A stretch of 64,000 nt of DNA from the NCBI GenBank assembly GCA_036351775.1, contig JAZBPX010000064.1, positions 247,241 to 311,240 of the forward strand. The letters are read 5' to 3'. Source of the DNA: Pacificimonas sp. GTDB lineage: Bacteria; Pseudomonadota; Alphaproteobacteria; Sphingomonadales; Sphingomonadaceae. The notes below the pieces were generated by a model that was not told the origin of the DNA, ran no database searches, and saw nothing but the letters and a program-made list of their open reading frames with translations. The translations under genes were made by a program, and so were the position numbers. Below, piece after piece: positions 9,631 through 19,413 of the stretch; the stretch's first letter is position 1, and every line of letters starts with the position of its first letter.

Positions 9631-10928
9631 GATCGTATGGCCGCCATCATGTCGTCGATATCGATGAACTTTTCTCGCGGTGCGCCAATGCGGGCCCGGG
9701 CGACTTCGGCGGCGTCGATCGCCTGCCAGTCCGAAAAGCGCGCGATATCATAGCCGCGCTCGGCAATCAGCGCGTCCAGCCCCTCGCGCCCCGCCTTGCC
9801 CGACGGTACCAGATCGGACTCCAGCAGACCGGCAATGTGATAGCCATCCGGCTTGTTGGTGCCGATGGTCCCGCTCGGCCCGCGCCGCGCCCAGCCCACA
9901 CAGTAGAGGCCCGGCGCAATACGGCCATCTTCATTTTCGAACCGGCCCGCCTTCTCATCATAGGGGACGCCCTCAATGGGAATGGTGCGATAGCCGATCG
10001 CGCTGATGACGAGGCCGCACGAAATGGTTGTCGTCTCTCCGGTGCCCTCCGCGCGGCCATCCGCATTCAGGCGGGTTCGCTCGACCGTAATGCTTTCCAC
10101 GGCTCCATCACCGCTGATTTCGACCGGACGGGAGAAGAAATCGAAACTGACTTCAACGGGTTTATCTTCGCCATTCGCGTGCGTGAACTCGCGCAGAAAG
10201 CCGACGACCTTTCGCATTCCCGGGTCGAGGGCATCATCCTCGGCGGCCGGCGGGAAGTCCGCCGCTTTTGCGGCGGCGCGCGCGCGATCCAAGCGGCCCA
10301 TCTCGCCCAGTTCCTTCGGTGTGAAGCTGACTTGGTGCGGGCCGCGGCGACCGAGAATATGGATGCGCCGGATCGCGCTGCCGGCCAGCCTTTCGGCAGC
10401 ATGCCGCGCAATATCGGAACTGGCGAGTTCGTCTTCGGTTTTCGCGAGGATTCGCGCGCAATCTATGGCCACGTTGCCGTTGCCGATGACAACCGCGGTG
10501 TCATGCGACAGCGGTGGATCAACCGCCGCAAAATCGGGATGCCCATTATACCAGCCGACAAAGCGCGCCGACCCCATCGCGCCGTTCAGGTCTGCACCGG
10601 GAATGGGAAGAATGCGGTCCTCCGGCGCTCCTGTCGCCAGCACCACGGCATCATAGAGCGACAAAAGCTCCGCCATCGATACGCCGCCCATGCCGACCGT
10701 CAGGTTGCCAACGAACCGCACCTCGTTTGTCAGCGCGGTTTTCTCGTAGCGCTTCGAAACCGCCTTCAGCGACTGGTGATCGGGGGCGACGCCAGAGCGG
10801 ATCAGACCAAAGGGCGTCGGCAGCCGGTCGAGAATGTCGATCCGCGCATTGTCGCCGAACGCCTTTTGCGCTGCCTCCGCCGTATAATAACCCGCCGGTC
10901 CCGATCCCACGATGGCGATGTGCAGCAT
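9627..10928 (-). CDS. FprA/adrenodoxin-reductase-type ferredoxin-NADP+ reductase
   Basis: FAD motif IAIVGSGPAGYY and NADP motif VVIGNGNVAIDCARIL. Start taken at the internal ATG 10928 (MLHIAIVGSG); the ORF extends to 10988. Confidence 0.85.
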   Translation of the reverse strand: MLHIAIVGSGPAGYYTAEAAQKAFGDNARIDILDRLPTPFGLIRSGVAPDHQSLKAVSKRYEKTALTNEVRFVGNLTVGMGGVSMAELLSLYDAVVLATGAPEDRILPIPGADLNGAMGSARFVGWYNGHPDFAAVDPPLSHDTAVVIGNGNVAIDCARILAKTEDELASSDIARHAAERLAGSAIRRIHILGRRGPHQVSFTPKELGEMGRLDRARAAAKAADFPPAAEDDALDPGMRKVVGFLREFTHANGEDKPVEVSFDFFSRPVEISGDGAVESITVERTRLNADGRAEGTGETTTISCGLVISAIGYRTIPIEGVPYDEKAGRFENEDGRIAPGLYCVGWARRGPSGTIGTNKPDGYHIAGLLESDLVPSGKAGREGLDALIAERGYDIARFSDWQAIDAAEVARARIGAPREKFIDIDDMMAAIRS

Positions 10929-11133
10929 CCACGCCTCCCCCTTTGTTCTGCCGAATGCTAGGGCGACCATCCCGGACAGTAAATGCAAGAAGGACCGCGC
11001 GATGAAGGCGATACTTACAGCGATGCTGTTGCTTCAGATTGGCGAAGGGCCAACGCCGCCGCCCTCCAGCAGCGCGATTCTCGAAAGCGAAGAAACGCGG
11101 TGGCTACCCATCCGCTAGTCCGAACTTCTTTAC

Positions 11134-11880
11134 ATGGACATTGCCGGTGACCGCGTCGTCATCCGCCTCGCCGACTGGTTCGCGCCGCAAAACACCGCCA
11201 ACATCCGCGCGCTCGTTCGTGCCGGCTATTTCGACGGCGGCGTGATCAACCGCAGCCAGGAAAATTACGTCGTTCAGTGGGCCGGCCGACCGGGTGCGGA
11301 CCGCGGGACCGCGCGTGAAACCGTCCGAGGCGAACTCGGCGTCGATCCCAGCCTGCACCGCCGCGCCTTTGCGCCCATCCCCTTCGGCGATCCCTATGCA
11401 CCGAGCGTGGGCACCGTTGACGGGTTCCCCGTTGCCAAGGACGGCGAAAGCCTCTGGATGACGCACTGTTACGGCATGGTCGGGGTCGGGCGCGGTGACG
11501 AGATCGACGGCGCGGACGGCAGCGAGCTTTACGTCGTCATCGGTCAGGCGCCGCGTCACCTCGACCGCAACATCACGCTGGTCGGCCGCTTGGTTGAGGG
11601 CATGGAGCATCTGACGACCCTACCGCGCGGCACCGGGCCGCTGGGTTTCTATGTTACGGATGGCAAAAAGCCGCCGATTACCGCGATCCGTAACGGCACG
11701 GATGTGCCTGCCGCCGAGCAGGTCTCCCTCGAAATCATGGACATGACGACGGCAATGGGCCGCGAGTGGGTGCAGGCCCGCGCGAACCGCACGCGCGATG
11801 GCTGGTTCAGCTACAGCCACGGCGCCATCGACCTCTGCAATCTACCCGTTCCCGTTCGCGAGGCACCAGAGCAAGACTAG
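11134..11880 (+). CDS. cyclophilin-type peptidyl-prolyl isomerase, apparently severed from its leader by an in-frame TAG at 11116
   Basis: The GYFDGGVINRSQENYVVQWAG core is present. The upstream ORF from ATG 11002 (MKAILTAMLLLQ...) is in the same frame and ends at TAG 11116-11118, 5 codons before ATG 11134. Confidence 0.75.
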   Translation: MDIAGDRVVIRLADWFAPQNTANIRALVRAGYFDGGVINRSQENYVVQWAGRPGADRGTARETVRGELGVDPSLHRRAFAPIPFGDPYAPSVGTVDGFPVAKDGESLWMTHCYGMVGVGRGDEIDGADGSELYVVIGQAPRHLDRNITLVGRLVEGMEHLTTLPRGTGPLGFYVTDGKKPPITAIRNGTDVPAAEQVSLEIMDMTTAMGREWVQARANRTRDGWFSYSHGAIDLCNLPVPVREAPEQD

Positions 11881-11917
11881 GCACCTGGTTTTCTCTCCGG
11901 ACGAAAAGGGCGGCACC

Positions 11918-12826
11918 ATGGACTACACCGACATCAAATATGAGGTTGAGGACGGGGTCGCGCTTCTGACGCTTTACCGCCCGAAGGCCATGAACGCCTT
12001 CACCGGCGAAATGATGTTTCAGATGATCGATGCCTTCGACCGCGCTGACGCGGATGACGATGTTCGCGCCGTCATCGTCACCGGTGACGGCGAGCGCGCC
12101 TTCTGCGCCGGTGCCGATCTGTCGGCTGGCGCGAAGACGTTCGACTATGACGCGCGCGACGACCGGCCGGACCGCAAGGGATCGCCTGTGAACGACGATG
12201 GGTCGATCGACTATGGCCACGACGCCGTCCGCGATGGCGGCGGCCGCCTGACCCTACGTATCTTCGAGAGCAAGAAGCCCGTGATCGCCGCCGTAAACGG
12301 CGCGGCCGTCGGCGTGGGCGTCACGATGCAGCTGCCCATGGACATTCGCATCGCTAGCGACAACGCCCGCTTCGGCTTTGTCTTTGCCCGCCGCGGGATC
12401 GTGCCGGAGGCGGCATCGAGCTGGTTCCTGCCGCGCATCGTTGGCATCTCGAAGGCGCTGGAATGGTGCTATTCCGGCAAGGTCTTTTCCGCGCAGGAGG
12501 CCCTCGACGGGGGTCTCGTCAGCGAGGTTGTGCCGCAGGATCAGCTTCTGGCCCGCGCCAGGGAAATCGCGCGGGAGATCGCCGACCACACCGCGCCGGT
12601 TTCAATCACGCTCACCCGTCACATGATGTGGCGTATGCTTGGCGCCGATCACCCAATGGAAGCGCACAAGGTCGACAGCCGCGCCATCTACACCCGCGGC
12701 CGAACCGAGGACGCGAAGGAGGGGGTGGTCAGCTTCCTTGAAAAGCGACCCCCGAACTATCCCGTCAAGGTTTCGAACGGGATGCCCGACTTCTTCCCCT
12801 GGTGGGACGATCCCGAGTACAAGTAG
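11918..12826 (+). CDS. enoyl-CoA hydratase/isomerase (crotonase) family protein
   Basis: LTLYRPKAMNAF, oxyanion-hole motif FCAGADL, AAVNGAAVGVG. Start taken at the internal ATG 11918. Confidence 0.9.
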   Translation: MDYTDIKYEVEDGVALLTLYRPKAMNAFTGEMMFQMIDAFDRADADDDVRAVIVTGDGERAFCAGADLSAGAKTFDYDARDDRPDRKGSPVNDDGSIDYGHDAVRDGGGRLTLRIFESKKPVIAAVNGAAVGVGVTMQLPMDIRIASDNARFGFVFARRGIVPEAASSWFLPRIVGISKALEWCYSGKVFSAQEALDGGLVSEVVPQDQLLARAREIAREIADHTAPVSITLTRHMMWRMLGADHPMEAHKVDSRAIYTRGRTEDAKEGVVSFLEKRPPNYPVKVSNGMPDFFPWWDDPEYK

Positions 12827-12892
12827 CGCGTGGCGGAACGTCGCAGCCGCTCGCGCGCTTCCCTAATCACGGGATGGTGATGGGCAACGCGC

Positions 12893-14341
12893 ATGGAACT
12901 TGAGGAAGGCCGGAATGTCTGGCGCGTGGCACGGGCCGACAGGTTCGCCCTGATCGTCGATGCGAAGGATTATTTTCTCCACGCCGAGACGGTGATGTCA
13001 TCGGCGAAGCATGAACTGCTGATGATCGGCTGGGACGTGGACCCGCGTATTGCGCTCCGGCCCGCAGAAACGCCCGGTGAAGACGAGGCAAAGCTCGGTC
13101 ATTTCGTTCGCAACCTTGTGCGTGACACCGCCTCCTTGAGCATCTGGATCCTCAGGTGGCGCGGCGGCGCGATTGCAGCCCTCTTTCGCGGCTGGTCGCT
13201 ATTCTGGATGATCCGGTGGTGGATGCAGAAGCGTTTGCATCTAAAAATGGACGGCGCGCATCCGCTTGGCGCGACTCATCACCAGAAGATCATCGTTGCG
13301 GACGACAGCTTCGCCTTCTGCGGGGGGATCGACATGACGGAGGGGCGCTGGGACACGCGCGAGCACCGGGAAGGTGATCCGCGCCGTCATGCGCCGGGCG
13401 GCGGTACCCTGTCGCCGTGGCACGATGCGACCGCAGCAATGACTGGTCCGGCCGCACGGGCGCTCGGTGGTCTCGCGCGGTCGCGGTGGCAGCGCGCCGG
13501 TGCGAAAGCGCCTCCCCAACCAGAAGAGACGCCGCTACCCTGGCCCGAAGACCTGCCGTTTCAGTTTGAAGACATTGATGTTGGAATCGCGCGCACCTAC
13601 GGCGAGATCGACGATCATGAACCCGTGCGGGAGATCAGGCAGCTTTACATCGACATGATCGCCTCCGCAGAGACCTACATCTATGCCGAAAGCCAGTATT
13701 TCGCTTCCCGCGTGATCGCCGAAGCGATCCACAAGCGCCTTCAGGAGGACAATCCGCCCGATATCGTTCTCATAAACCCGCAAAGCGCAGAGGGGTGGCT
13801 GGAACCCATCGCGATGGACAGCGCCCGCAACCGGCTGATGGGTGCGCTCGGCTATCTCGATCACGCTCGGACCTTTCGCATGTATCATCCGTTCAATGCC
13901 GGCGGCGAAGCGATTTACGTTCATGCCAAGATCATGGTGGTTGACGACCGCATCCTTCGCGTCGGCTCCTCGAACCTCAACAACCGCTCGATGACCCTCG
14001 ACAGCGAATGCGATGTCGTCATCAACGTGAAAAACGATGCAGACCGCGCGGACGAGCACCGCGCCGCCATTCGCGCCATCGTTACGGACCTTCTCGCCGA
14101 GCATCTGGATGTGGAAGAAGATGCTGTCTCGGACAAATGGTCGGAATGCGGCTCTTTGGTGCAGACCGTCGAAAGCCTTCGCGGAACCGGGCGGACGCTG
14201 AAACCTTATGAGCGACCGGAGCTTGACGGCATCGAGAAGGCCGTTGCCGATACGGAAATCCTCGATCCGGAGGGCGCCGACGACCTGTTCGAACCGCAAA
14301 CCCGCAGCGGCCTGTTTCGCGGCCGCCTCCAGCGGCGCTAG
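12893..14341 (+). CDS. phospholipase D / cardiolipin-synthase-like protein with two HKD motifs
   Basis: HKD motifs HHQKIIVADD...GGIDMT and HAKIMVVDD...GSSNLNNRS. Confidence 0.9.
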   Translation: MELEEGRNVWRVARADRFALIVDAKDYFLHAETVMSSAKHELLMIGWDVDPRIALRPAETPGEDEAKLGHFVRNLVRDTASLSIWILRWRGGAIAALFRGWSLFWMIRWWMQKRLHLKMDGAHPLGATHHQKIIVADDSFAFCGGIDMTEGRWDTREHREGDPRRHAPGGGTLSPWHDATAAMTGPAARALGGLARSRWQRAGAKAPPQPEETPLPWPEDLPFQFEDIDVGIARTYGEIDDHEPVREIRQLYIDMIASAETYIYAESQYFASRVIAEAIHKRLQEDNPPDIVLINPQSAEGWLEPIAMDSARNRLMGALGYLDHARTFRMYHPFNAGGEAIYVHAKIMVVDDRILRVGSSNLNNRSMTLDSECDVVINVKNDADRADEHRAAIRAIVTDLLAEHLDVEEDAVSDKWSECGSLVQTVESLRGTGRTLKPYERPELDGIEKAVADTEILDPEGADDLFEPQTRSGLFRGRLQRR

Positions 14342-15324
14342 GCGGCGGTGCTGCCCAGGTGGTCAAGCCAGGCTAGCAGATAGCTGTTTACCGTCTCGGG
14401 CGCTTCCTGCTGCGTCCAATGGCCAACCCCCTCGATCATGTGAAGGCCGCGAAGGTCCGGCAGCAGCGCGTGCAGGCGCTCCTTCCACTTTGCCCCGCCA
14501 AGCATCGTCGCCGGATCCTTGGTCCCCGAGATAAATAGCGATGGCTGCGTGATGACATGGCTCTCTAATCGGCGCAGCATGTCCCAGTCGCGCCTGCGGT
14601 TGCGATAGCGGTTCAGCGGTCCGCGAAAGCCCGATCGCGCAAACGCGGCGGCATAATGCGCGACATCGTCTTGATCGAGCCAGGGCAAAGGCATTGGCGG
14701 TTCCGGCAGCCCCTTCAGCAGGCCATCACCCGGCTTCTTGTCGTTCGGCCAGGTCCCGGGCGGAGCATCGCCCGAAATCGCATAGTAAAATTTGCGGATG
14801 ACGGCCGCAGGGTCGGCTTCCAACTCCGCCTCTGCGACGCCCTCATTCTGAAAATCCTCGATATAGAAATAGCGGTCCTTCTCCGTGAACATCTCCCGGT
14901 GCACCTCGTCCGGCGCGCGGTTCCCTGGTGCAGCGTGGGGAACGGAGAGGCCCGCTACCGCGCGAAACCGGCCTGGATGCAGCAGCCCCGAGGTCCACGC
15001 AATCGGTGCGCCCCAGTCATGTCCGACAACAACCGAGGGGCGATCCGGGGAAAGCTGCGCCGCGAGTGCGGCCATGTCGCCAGCAAGCGCTTCCAAAGCG
15101 TAGGCCTCAACCTCGGCTGGCCTGGACGAACCGCCATAGCCCCGCACGTCGGGTGCCACCGCACGGTACCCCGCTTCGGCAAGAACAGGTAGCTGATGCC
15201 GCCAGCTATACCACCCTTCCGGAAATCCATGTACCAGCAGCGCCAGCGGCGCATCTGCCGCACCGTCCGCCGCGTAGTGCAGCCTAATGCCGCCGCCGAC
15301 ATCCGCTTCACTAAACGCGGTCAA
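14338..15324 (-). CDS. alpha/beta hydrolase, epoxide-hydrolase-like
   Basis: HGFPEGWYSWRHQ (HGxP), nucleophile GHDWGA, C-terminal GVGHWTQQE. A TTG start at 15324 overlaps the upstream stop (TTGA). Confidence 0.85.
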   Translation of the reverse strand: MTAFSEADVGGGIRLHYAADGAADAPLALLVHGFPEGWYSWRHQLPVLAEAGYRAVAPDVRGYGGSSRPAEVEAYALEALAGDMAALAAQLSPDRPSVVVGHDWGAPIAWTSGLLHPGRFRAVAGLSVPHAAPGNRAPDEVHREMFTEKDRYFYIEDFQNEGVAEAELEADPAAVIRKFYYAISGDAPPGTWPNDKKPGDGLLKGLPEPPMPLPWLDQDDVAHYAAAFARSGFRGPLNRYRNRRRDWDMLRRLESHVITQPSLFISGTKDPATMLGGAKWKERLHALLPDLRGLHMIEGVGHWTQQEAPETVNSYLLAWLDHLGSTAA

Positions 15325-16538
15325 ATGACCCCCTCGGTTCGCGCTGCCTCAAGCTCGGCTGCCGTCCAGCCCAGCTCGCTGCCGTAAATCTCTTCGTTAT
15401 GCTGACCGGGCGTCGCGGGCGCTGGCCTGCGGATTCCAGACGGCGTTTTCGACAGTTTCGGGAACGCGTTCTGCATCTTGAGCGGTCCGCGCGTTTGAGT
15501 CTCGACTTCGACAATCGCGCCGCGCGCTGCGAACTGCGGATCGTCCATCATGTCCGCCGCCGTGTAGACCCGCCCCGCCGGGATCGAGTGTTCGATCATC
15601 AGGGCATCGACTTCCGCGACGGTCTTACCTCCTGTCCAGTCGTTGATCCGGGCGTCCAGTTCGGCCTGGTTCCGGCCGCGCGCCAGATGGGTTGCATAGC
15701 GCGGGTCATCGGCGAGCTGGGGCTGGTCCATCGCCGCCGCCAGACGCTTGAAGATAGCATCCTGGTTCGCGCCGATCATGAACGGGCCGTCGCGGCAGGA
15801 ATAGACGTTCGACGGCGCGATCCCGGGCAGGATCGAACCCGACCGTTCCCGCACGACGCCGCTTCGGTCATATTCCGGAACCAGCCCCTCCATGACCTGC
15901 AGCACCGCCTCGTAAAGGGCCATGTCGACGACCTGTCCAACGCCGGTCCGGTCCCGATGATGCAGCGCGGCGAGTATGCCCATGCAGCCGTAGCTGGCAC
16001 ACAGCGTGTCGCCGATGGAGACGCCCATGCGCGCGGGCGGGCGGTCCAGATCGCCGACAATGTAGCGCCAACCACCCATCGCCTCGCCGATCCCGCCAAA
16101 GCCAGCCCGGTCCGCATAGGGACCGTCCTGCCCGTAGCCGGACATGCGCGCGATGATCAGGCCGGGATTGCGGGCATGCAGATCTTCTGGAGACAGACCC
16201 CAGCGCTCCAGGGTGCCGGGCTTGAAATTCTCGACGAGAATATCCGCCGTTTTGAGAAGGTGCCGGACGATCGCCTGTCCTTCTGGTACCCGCAGGTTGG
16301 CGGTTACCGAGCGTTTGTTTCGCGCGATGACCTCCCACTGTACCTTTTCCTCGCCCTGCCCCCACAGGCGCATCGGATCGCCGGCACCAGGTGGTTCCAC
16401 CTTCACGACATCAGCGCCCATATCGCCGAGCAGCTGGCCGCAGAACGGTCCCGCGATCAGCTGGCCCATCTCGATTACGCGGAGGCCGGCCAGCGCGCCA
16501 TTACCGGTTGCAACGCCGGGATGTTCAGAAGTCACCAT
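15321..16538 (-). CDS. family III CoA-transferase (CaiB/BaiF type)
   Basis: N-terminal LAGLRVIEMGQLIAGPFCGQLLGDMGADVVKVEPP is the signature region of the family. Confidence 0.85.
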   Translation of the reverse strand: MVTSEHPGVATGNGALAGLRVIEMGQLIAGPFCGQLLGDMGADVVKVEPPGAGDPMRLWGQGEEKVQWEVIARNKRSVTANLRVPEGQAIVRHLLKTADILVENFKPGTLERWGLSPEDLHARNPGLIIARMSGYGQDGPYADRAGFGGIGEAMGGWRYIVGDLDRPPARMGVSIGDTLCASYGCMGILAALHHRDRTGVGQVVDMALYEAVLQVMEGLVPEYDRSGVVRERSGSILPGIAPSNVYSCRDGPFMIGANQDAIFKRLAAAMDQPQLADDPRYATHLARGRNQAELDARINDWTGGKTVAEVDALMIEHSIPAGRVYTAADMMDDPQFAARGAIVEVETQTRGPLKMQNAFPKLSKTPSGIRRPAPATPGQHNEEIYGSELGWTAAELEAARTEGVI

Positions 16539-16640
16539 AAACGGCGACCATAGCCAACAGGTCCCGCCGCGAAACTAGCGGACTACGCAGCGCTCAACTG
16601 GGCAGCCGCCATCCGGGCAACCGCTATCCGGAACCGAAAA

Positions 16641-16716
16641 TGGTGAGCCCTGCAGGGGTCGAACCTGCGACCTACTGATTAAAAGTCAGTTGCTCTACCG
16701 ACTGAGCTAAGGGCCC
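16641..16716 (-). tRNA. tRNA-Lys (anticodon UUU)
   Basis: The reverse complement GGGCCCT TA GCTC AGTCGGTA GAGC A ACTGA CTTTTAA TCAGT AGGTC GCAGG TTCGACC CCTGC AGGGCTC A CCA folds as a cloverleaf. Confidence 0.95.
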
Positions 16717-16783
16717 ACATGCCGCGCGGGATGCGGGTGAGCGGGCTAGCTAGTGCGCCGCTGCGCCCCGGTCAACGCGGTCG

Positions 16784-17308
16784 TCAACGAAGGCTTTGAC
16801 GCGGCGCACGATGCCGCACCCACATTTGCTGGATCGTCAACCCGAATACAGGATGTCGCCAATTCGCCGCGACCGTTACGGCAGGCCTAAGCACGAAGGC
16901 GCGGCGATGCATGTCCGGATGCGGCAGGATTAAGCCCGATCGAACACCGCCAGACCTCTCCTTACGCCAGCCAAACCGACCCGGCAGAACCTGCTGCTCA
17001 TAAGCGATCAGATCCAGATCGAGCACGCGGTCCCCCCAGCGCCGCCAGCGTTTTCGCCCGAAAGCCCGCTCAATATGATGCAGGGTCTCAAGCAGGGCTT
17101 CGGGTTGCAGCGCGGTCTCAACCGCGGCGACGGCATTGGCATAGCGGCGCGTGCCGGGTCCGATCGGTTCGGTTACGCAGACCGGCGACAAACGGCTAAC
17201 GTGAACATGGCGCGTTTCCAGAGCAGCGACAGCCGCGGTCAGAACCTTCCGCGGCGGTCCATATTCGCCGTGCGGCCGGTTCGATCCAAGCGCGATCAGG
17301 ATGGTCAT
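16784..17308 (-). CDS. folK: 2-amino-4-hydroxy-6-hydroxymethyldihydropteridine pyrophosphokinase
   Basis: MTILIALGSN..., LDLDLI, LPHPDMHRRAFVLRP are typical HPPK motifs. Confidence 0.85.
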   Translation of the reverse strand: MTILIALGSNRPHGEYGPPRKVLTAAVAALETRHVHVSRLSPVCVTEPIGPGTRRYANAVAAVETALQPEALLETLHHIERAFGRKRWRRWGDRVLDLDLIAYEQQVLPGRFGWRKERSGGVRSGLILPHPDMHRRAFVLRPAVTVAANWRHPVFGLTIQQMWVRHRAPRQSLR

Positions 17309-17337
17309 GCCTGCTACCTACGCGCTAAGGCCCGGCC

Positions 17338-17985
17338 ATGCCCAGCCTCTCCGACGTTCCGCAGCCACCTGCCGACTGCCCCCTCTGCCCCCGCCTGGTC
17401 GCATTCCGGCATGAGATGCGCGCCGCGCACGCCGACTGGCACAACAATCCGGTCAAGGGCTGGGGCGATCCGGATGCGTGGCTGTGTATCGTCGGCCTCG
17501 CGCCGGGGATGCGCGGAGCGAATGCGACCGGGCGGCCCTTTACTGGTGACTGGGCCGGCGACCTGCTGTTTGCAACGCTTAGCGAGTTCGGACTGACCGA
17601 AGGCACCTACGATGCGCGTCCCGACGACGGCTTTTCGCTGAGCGGTGCCTATATTTCGAACGCTGTGCGCTGCCTGCCGCCGCAGAACAAGCCGACGCCC
17701 AGCGAGATCGCGACGTGCCGCCCCTTTCTGGTTGCACAGCTCGCTGCGCTGTCGAAGGTTCGCGTGCTGATCGCGCTTGGCAAGATCGCGCATGACAGCG
17801 CTCTGAAGACCTATGGCCTGACACTCTCGCATCACAAGTTCGCGCACGGCGCCCAGCATGATCTGCCGGACGGACGGGTGATGATCGATAGCTACCATTG
17901 CAGCCGCTACAACACGAACACGGGCCGCCTGACCGCGTCAATGTTCGCCGACGTCTTCCGGGCCGCGCAGCGGGTATGCGCCTAG
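17338..17985 (+). CDS. uracil-DNA glycosylase, family 4/5 (Fe-S type)
   Basis: CPLCPRL cysteine motif; GLAPGMRGANATGRPFTGD active-site motif; HCSRYN near the C-terminus. Confidence 0.85.
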   Translation: MPSLSDVPQPPADCPLCPRLVAFRHEMRAAHADWHNNPVKGWGDPDAWLCIVGLAPGMRGANATGRPFTGDWAGDLLFATLSEFGLTEGTYDARPDDGFSLSGAYISNAVRCLPPQNKPTPSEIATCRPFLVAQLAALSKVRVLIALGKIAHDSALKTYGLTLSHHKFAHGAQHDLPDGRVMIDSYHCSRYNTNTGRLTASMFADVFRAAQRVCA

Positions 17986-18917
17986 GGTTCCAGCACGACC
18001 CGCCCGACCACCTGCCGCTCCTCCATCAGGCGAAAGGCTTCGCGCCATTCGGACAGCGGCAGCACACGGTCGACATGGGGCTGAACCTTTTCGGCCAGCG
18101 CGATTTCGCCGAGTTCGATCCTGTCTTCGCGGCCATGCTGCGGAAAGCGGCGGCTATATTCGCCGGCGCGGACGCCGATGATCTGCAGCCCTTTGATCAG
18201 CGGGTAGTTGATCTTCATGTCGGGGATCGTGCCGGACGCGAAGCCGACAATCAGCACGCGGCCGAAATAACGGGTGCAGCGCAGGCTCTCGCCAAACACA
18301 TCGCCGCCGACCGGATCGTAGACGACATGCACGCCGCCGCCGGTGATGTCCTTGACCTGCTCGCGAAAGCCCTTGCCGATGTTGAGGACGGCATCGGGGG
18401 CGTAGAAGTCCTGGATCCGGGCCAGCTTCTCGTCGGAGCTGGATGTCGCGATAACCCGCGCGCCCATCTGCTTGCCGAGGTCGACGGCGGCGGCGCCGAC
18501 ACCGGCGGTTGCGCCGTGGACCAGCAGCCACTCGCCGGGTTTCAGATGGGCGTGACGTTTCAGGGCGACCAGCGCGGTCAGGTAGGGCTGGCCGAAGGCG
18601 GCGGCCTGGGCGAACGACCAGCCCTCGGGCTTCGGCGAGATTGCGCTTTCCGGAACCGCGATCTCCTCGGCGAAAGCGCCGCGCGCCATGCCCCACACTG
18701 GTTCGCCGGTGTCCATTCGTTCGCCGGCGAAATCGCTGCCGAGGATGAAGGGCAGGTCCGGTTTGTGCTGATGACCGCCCCGGGTTTGCAGCATGTCGAC
18801 GAAGTTCACCGCTGCTGCCTTCACGCGAATTTTCACTTCACCTTGCGGGCGCTCGGAATCGGTCAGGGCAACGCCGGAATAGTCTGAGGAGAGGTCGGAG
18901 AGGAGGATAGATTTCAT
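17982..18917 (-). CDS. NADPH:quinone oxidoreductase / zeta-crystallin-type MDR
   Basis: Rossmann motif VHGATAGVGAAAVDLGK and an MDR N-terminal domain. Start at the internal ATG 18917. Confidence 0.85.
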   Translation of the reverse strand: MKSILLSDLSSDYSGVALTDSERPQGEVKIRVKAAAVNFVDMLQTRGGHQHKPDLPFILGSDFAGERMDTGEPVWGMARGAFAEEIAVPESAISPKPEGWSFAQAAAFGQPYLTALVALKRHAHLKPGEWLLVHGATAGVGAAAVDLGKQMGARVIATSSSDEKLARIQDFYAPDAVLNIGKGFREQVKDITGGGVHVVYDPVGGDVFGESLRCTRYFGRVLIVGFASGTIPDMKINYPLIKGLQIIGVRAGEYSRRFPQHGREDRIELGEIALAEKVQPHVDRVLPLSEWREAFRLMEERQVVGRVVLEP

Positions 18918-19032
18918 GGTCCGCTCCCTTGCGCGGGGTGTAGGAAATCGCACCTCTCAAAAGTTCTGTTACAGTTTTGTTGCAATCCAGAATTCTTTCT
19001 GTCATAAAAGAGTCACAGAAGGAGAACAGGTC

Positions 19033-19389
19033 ATGAAAACGAACCTGATTATGGGGATTATCGCCCTCTTGCTCGGCACCGCCGCACAGGCCGGCGAAGT
19101 CGGCTATGAGGAAGGATCGCTTGGCTTCGAGCAGATGGTCGCAGGCGACTGGCTGGCCGCCGAGCAGAAGCTGAATGCGAGCGCGGACGAGCTTGGTGCC
19201 GATCCCGCGCGGCTGCTTCAACTTGCCGAGGTGTACCGGGTTACCGGCCGCGAAGGCGATGCCGACGCGCTCTACCGACAGGTGTTGTCGAGCGAGGACA
19301 TGACGCTGGTGCTGGCCGATGGCCGCATCGTCAGCGCGCACAATATCGCGAGCATGCGCCTTTCGACGGAAATGCAGGCCGCGCGCTAA
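19033..19389 (+). CDS. small secreted protein, TPR-like helical
   Basis: Signal peptide MKTNLIMGIIALLLGTAAQA. Start is the internal ATG of ORF 18916..19389. No recognisable catalytic motif. Confidence 0.5.
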   Translation: MKTNLIMGIIALLLGTAAQAGEVGYEEGSLGFEQMVAGDWLAAEQKLNASADELGADPARLLQLAEVYRVTGREGDADALYRQVLSSEDMTLVLADGRIVSAHNIASMRLSTEMQAAR

Positions 19390-19413
19390 TACCGTTTCGG
19401 GGCGTAGCTTTCT

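Noticed and set aside
10912-11118. 68-aa ORF as an independent small gene
   Set aside because: Its 3' two-thirds (from ATG 11002) are in frame with the cyclophilin gene and separated from it only by one TAG. It is better explained as the severed leader region (see findings). The 5' part overlaps the reductase gene start antisense.
9283-16716. tRNA-Pro and tRNA-Lys as possible genomic-island attachment sites
   Set aside because: No integrase, no direct repeat of the tRNA 3' end and no compositional break is visible next to either tRNA. The flanking genes look like ordinary core metabolism.
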